Assembly: GCA_963766715.1 (NCBI GenBank)
Contig: CAVYBH010000013.1
Span: 96,001-160,000, forward strand
Source of the DNA: an uncultured delta proteobacterium
GTDB lineage: Bacteria; Myxococcota; Myxococcia; Myxococcales; Anaeromyxobacteraceae
Reading direction: 5' to 3'
Length of the DNA: 64,000 nucleotides
Shown piece after piece: positions 61,655 to 64,000 of this stretch. The position numbers were made by a program, and so were the translations under genes. Within the stretch, counting starts at the first letter, position 1. Each line of letters begins with the position of its first letter. The notes beneath the pieces were generated by a model. The model was not told the origin of the DNA. It worked only from the letters and a program-made list of their open reading frames with translations, and made no database searches.

Positions 61655-63574
61655 CTAGCCGGCGCTCCGCCCGACGACGGCCCGGTCGCCCACGAGCGCC
61701 CGCGCGGCCGCGGCGATCCCGGCGGCGTCGATGCCCAGCTCGGCGCGCTGCCTGGCCGCGTCACCGTGGGTGATGAAGGCGTCGGGGATGCCGAGGCGCC
61801 TCACCGCGATGCCCTTCTCGACGAGACCGGCCCGCTCGAAGGCCTCGAGGCAGGCCGACCCGAAGCCGCCGGCGAGCGCGTTCTCCTCGACGGTGACCAC
61901 GCGCCGGGCCTGGGCGGCCAGCCCGCAGATGGTCTCCTCGTCGAGGGGCTTCACGAACCGTGCATCGACCACCGCGGCCTCGATCCCGGTCTCGGCGAGC
62001 GCCTCGGCGGCGGCCATCGCGGCGTGGACCGGGGTGCCGGCGGCGACGAGGAGCACGTCGGGCTTGCCGGCCGGCTTGCGGAGCACGCGCGACTTCCCGA
62101 TGTCCACCGGCTGCGGCGACGGATCGATCGGCAGCCCCACCGAGTTCCCGCGCGGGAACCGGAAGGCCACCGGGCCGTCGTGGTGGAGGGAGGTGGCCAG
62201 CGCGACGCGCAGCTCGTTCTCGTCGGACGGCGCCATCACCACCAGGTTGGGGACGAGGCGCAGGTACGAGAGGTCGAAGGCCCCCTGGTGCGTCTTGCCG
62301 TCGGCCCCCACCAGTCCGCCCCGGTCGAGCGCGAAGGCCACCGGCAGGCGCTGCAGGGCCACGTCGTGGATGATCTGGTCGTAGGCGCGCTGCAGGAAGG
62401 TGGAGTAGATGGCCACCACCGGACGCACCCCCTCGCAGGCCAGGCCGGCCGCGAAGGTGACCGCGTGCTGCTCGGCGATTCCCACGTCGTAGGTGCGGTC
62501 GGGGAAGCGCTGCTGGCACTTGATGAGGCCGGTTCCCTCCAGCATGGCCGCGGTGATGGCGACGACCCTCGGGTCCTGCTCCATCTGCTCGCAGAGCGCG
62601 TCGGCGAAGAGGTCGGTGTAGGCCCGGGGAGCGGCCTTCTTGGCGATGGGCTTGCCCGTCGCGACGTCGAAGAAGGAGAGGCCGTGACCGCGGGTGGCCT
62701 TGTCCGACTCGGCCGGGTGGTAGCCCTTCCCCTTGGTGGTGATGGCGTGGACCAGCACCGGGCCGTCGATCTCGCGGAGCTTCGAGAAGCTGCGCACCAG
62801 CTCCTGGACGTCGTGCCCGTCCACCGGCCCCACGTACTGGAAGCCCATGCCCTCGAAGAGGATCCCGGGCGTGATGAGCGCCTTGGTGGCGTCGATGCCG
62901 TGACGGACCGCCTCGATGGCCTGCTCGCCCTTCGGCATGTGCCGCAGGAAGTCCTTCACCGAGCGCCGCCAGCGGTTGTAGGTGCGGGAGGCGAACTTCT
63001 TCGAGAACCACTCCGAGAGCGCGCCCACGTTGGGCGAGATGGACATCTCGTTGTCGTTCAGGACCACCAGGAAGTTGCGCTGCAGGTAGCCGGCCTGGTT
63101 CAGCCCCTCGAAGGCCACGCCGCCGGTCAGGGCGCCGTCGCCGACCACGGCCACGACGCGCCCCGGGAGGCCGAGACGCAGCTTGCCCTCGACCATGCCC
63201 ACCCCCGCGCTCACCGCGGTGGAGGCGTGCCCCACGCCGAAGGCGTCATGGGCGGACTCGTCCCGCTCCGGGAAGCCGGCCAGCCCACCCTCGGTGCGGA
63301 TGGTGCGGAAGCGGTCCCGCCGCCCGGTGACGAGCTTGTGGGCGTAGGCCTGGTGCCCGACGTCCCAGACGATCCGGTCGGTGGGCGACTCGAAGACGTA
63401 ATGGAGCGCGACGTTGATCTCGACGGCGCCCAGCGACGAGCCCAGGTGGCCGCCGGTGCGGGCGCAGGTCTCGATGATCTCGTCGCGGATCTCCTGGCAG
63501 ACCTGGGGCAGCTGTTCCGGGGCGAGCTTCTTGAGATCCGCCGGGGAGTCGATCGCGTCGAGAAGTCGTGCCAT
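61655..63574 (-). CDS. dxs: 1-deoxy-D-xylulose-5-phosphate synthase
   Basis: GGHLGSSLG, WDVGHQAY, GDGALTGG, GIAEQHAV, DRGGLVGADG. Confidence 0.97.
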   Translation of the reverse strand: MARLLDAIDSPADLKKLAPEQLPQVCQEIRDEIIETCARTGGHLGSSLGAVEINVALHYVFESPTDRIVWDVGHQAYAHKLVTGRRDRFRTIRTEGGLAGFPERDESAHDAFGVGHASTAVSAGVGMVEGKLRLGLPGRVVAVVGDGALTGGVAFEGLNQAGYLQRNFLVVLNDNEMSISPNVGALSEWFSKKFASRTYNRWRRSVKDFLRHMPKGEQAIEAVRHGIDATKALITPGILFEGMGFQYVGPVDGHDVQELVRSFSKLREIDGPVLVHAITTKGKGYHPAESDKATRGHGLSFFDVATGKPIAKKAAPRAYTDLFADALCEQMEQDPRVVAITAAMLEGTGLIKCQQRFPDRTYDVGIAEQHAVTFAAGLACEGVRPVVAIYSTFLQRAYDQIIHDVALQRLPVAFALDRGGLVGADGKTHQGAFDLSYLRLVPNLVVMAPSDENELRVALATSLHHDGPVAFRFPRGNSVGLPIDPSPQPVDIGKSRVLRKPAGKPDVLLVAAGTPVHAAMAAAEALAETGIEAAVVDARFVKPLDEETICGLAAQARRVVTVEENALAGGFGSACLEAFERAGLVEKGIAVRRLGIPDAFITHGDAARQRAELGIDAAGIAAAARALVGDRAVVGRSAG

Positions 63575-63577
63575 GGC

Positions 63578-64000
63578 TCACTTCCTCCGGGAGACGACGA
63601 AGCGCACCAGCGCGCGCAGCGCCTCCCCCCTGGCTCCCAGCCCGGACAGGGCCTGGAGCGCTTCCTCACAGTAATCGTCGGCCCGCTTCCGCGCTTCCCC
63701 CACCCCCAGGAGCGCAGGCAGGGTGGCCTTCCCCGCGGCGGCGTCCTTGCCCGCCCGCTTCCCGAGGTCGGCCGTGGTGGCGGTCAGGTCGAGCAGGTCG
63801 TCGGCGATCTGGAAGGCGAGCCCCAGCTTCAGCCCGGCCGGCCGGAGCCCCTGGTCGCTGCCCGTGGCGGCGATCGCGCCGCCCACCACCGAGGCGGCCA
63901 GCAGCGCGCCGGTCTTGCGGGACTGGAGGTCCAGCACGCCCTCGAGGTCCGGACGCCGCGTCTCGGCCTCCAGGTCGAGCGACTGCCCCTCGACCATGCG
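63578..64000 (-). CDS. ispA: Polyprenyl (farnesyl) diphosphate synthase, C-terminal part (truncated by window edge)
   Basis: GQSLDL, KTGALL, LGLAFQIADDLLD, GKDAAAGK; upstream of dxs. Confidence 0.92.
   Translation of the reverse strand, partial: RMVEGQSLDLEAETRRPDLEGVLDLQSRKTGALLAASVVGGAIAATGSDQGLRPAGLKLGLAFQIADDLLDLTATTADLGKRAGKDAAAGKATLPALLGVGEARKRADDYCEEALQALSGLGARGEALRALVRFVVSRRK

Overview
High-GC bacterial chromosomal window whose gene content and protein style suggest Myxococcota (Anaeromyxobacter-like; inferred). It is mostly housekeeping: aceE/aceF, an RND efflux pair, metB-like lyase, fumC/aspA-family lyase, acnB, a molybdopterin oxidoreductase, thyX, rho, uvrA, rseP, a moaD-moaE fusion, purC/purB, dut, the rimP-nusA-ylxR-infB-DUF503-rbfA-truB-rpsO-pnp cluster, and tlyA-dxs-ispA. 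There are three tRNA genes (Glu-CTC, Gln-CTG, Cys-GCA). Roughly 30 single-base indels break otherwise intact genes, including infB and purB, so the sequence looks like an unpolished long-read assembly rather than a decaying genome. I found no CRISPR array, integrase, transposase or recognisable defence island, and no clear-cut new multi-gene system. The best leads are: (i) an exported metallothionein-like protein with two CxC-rich repeats; (ii) a highly structured ~210-nt rho leader with an SD-sequestering alternative fold; (iii) pervasive leaderless genes and three bidirectional promoters built on overlapping -10 boxes; (iv) an orphan sigma54-driven FliK/T3S4-like gene whose stop codon lies inside tRNA-Cys; (v) a degenerate DUF222-like HNH element next to a CPBP gene between tlyA and rimP; (vi) a possible AUU start codon for an HD-GYP regulator.
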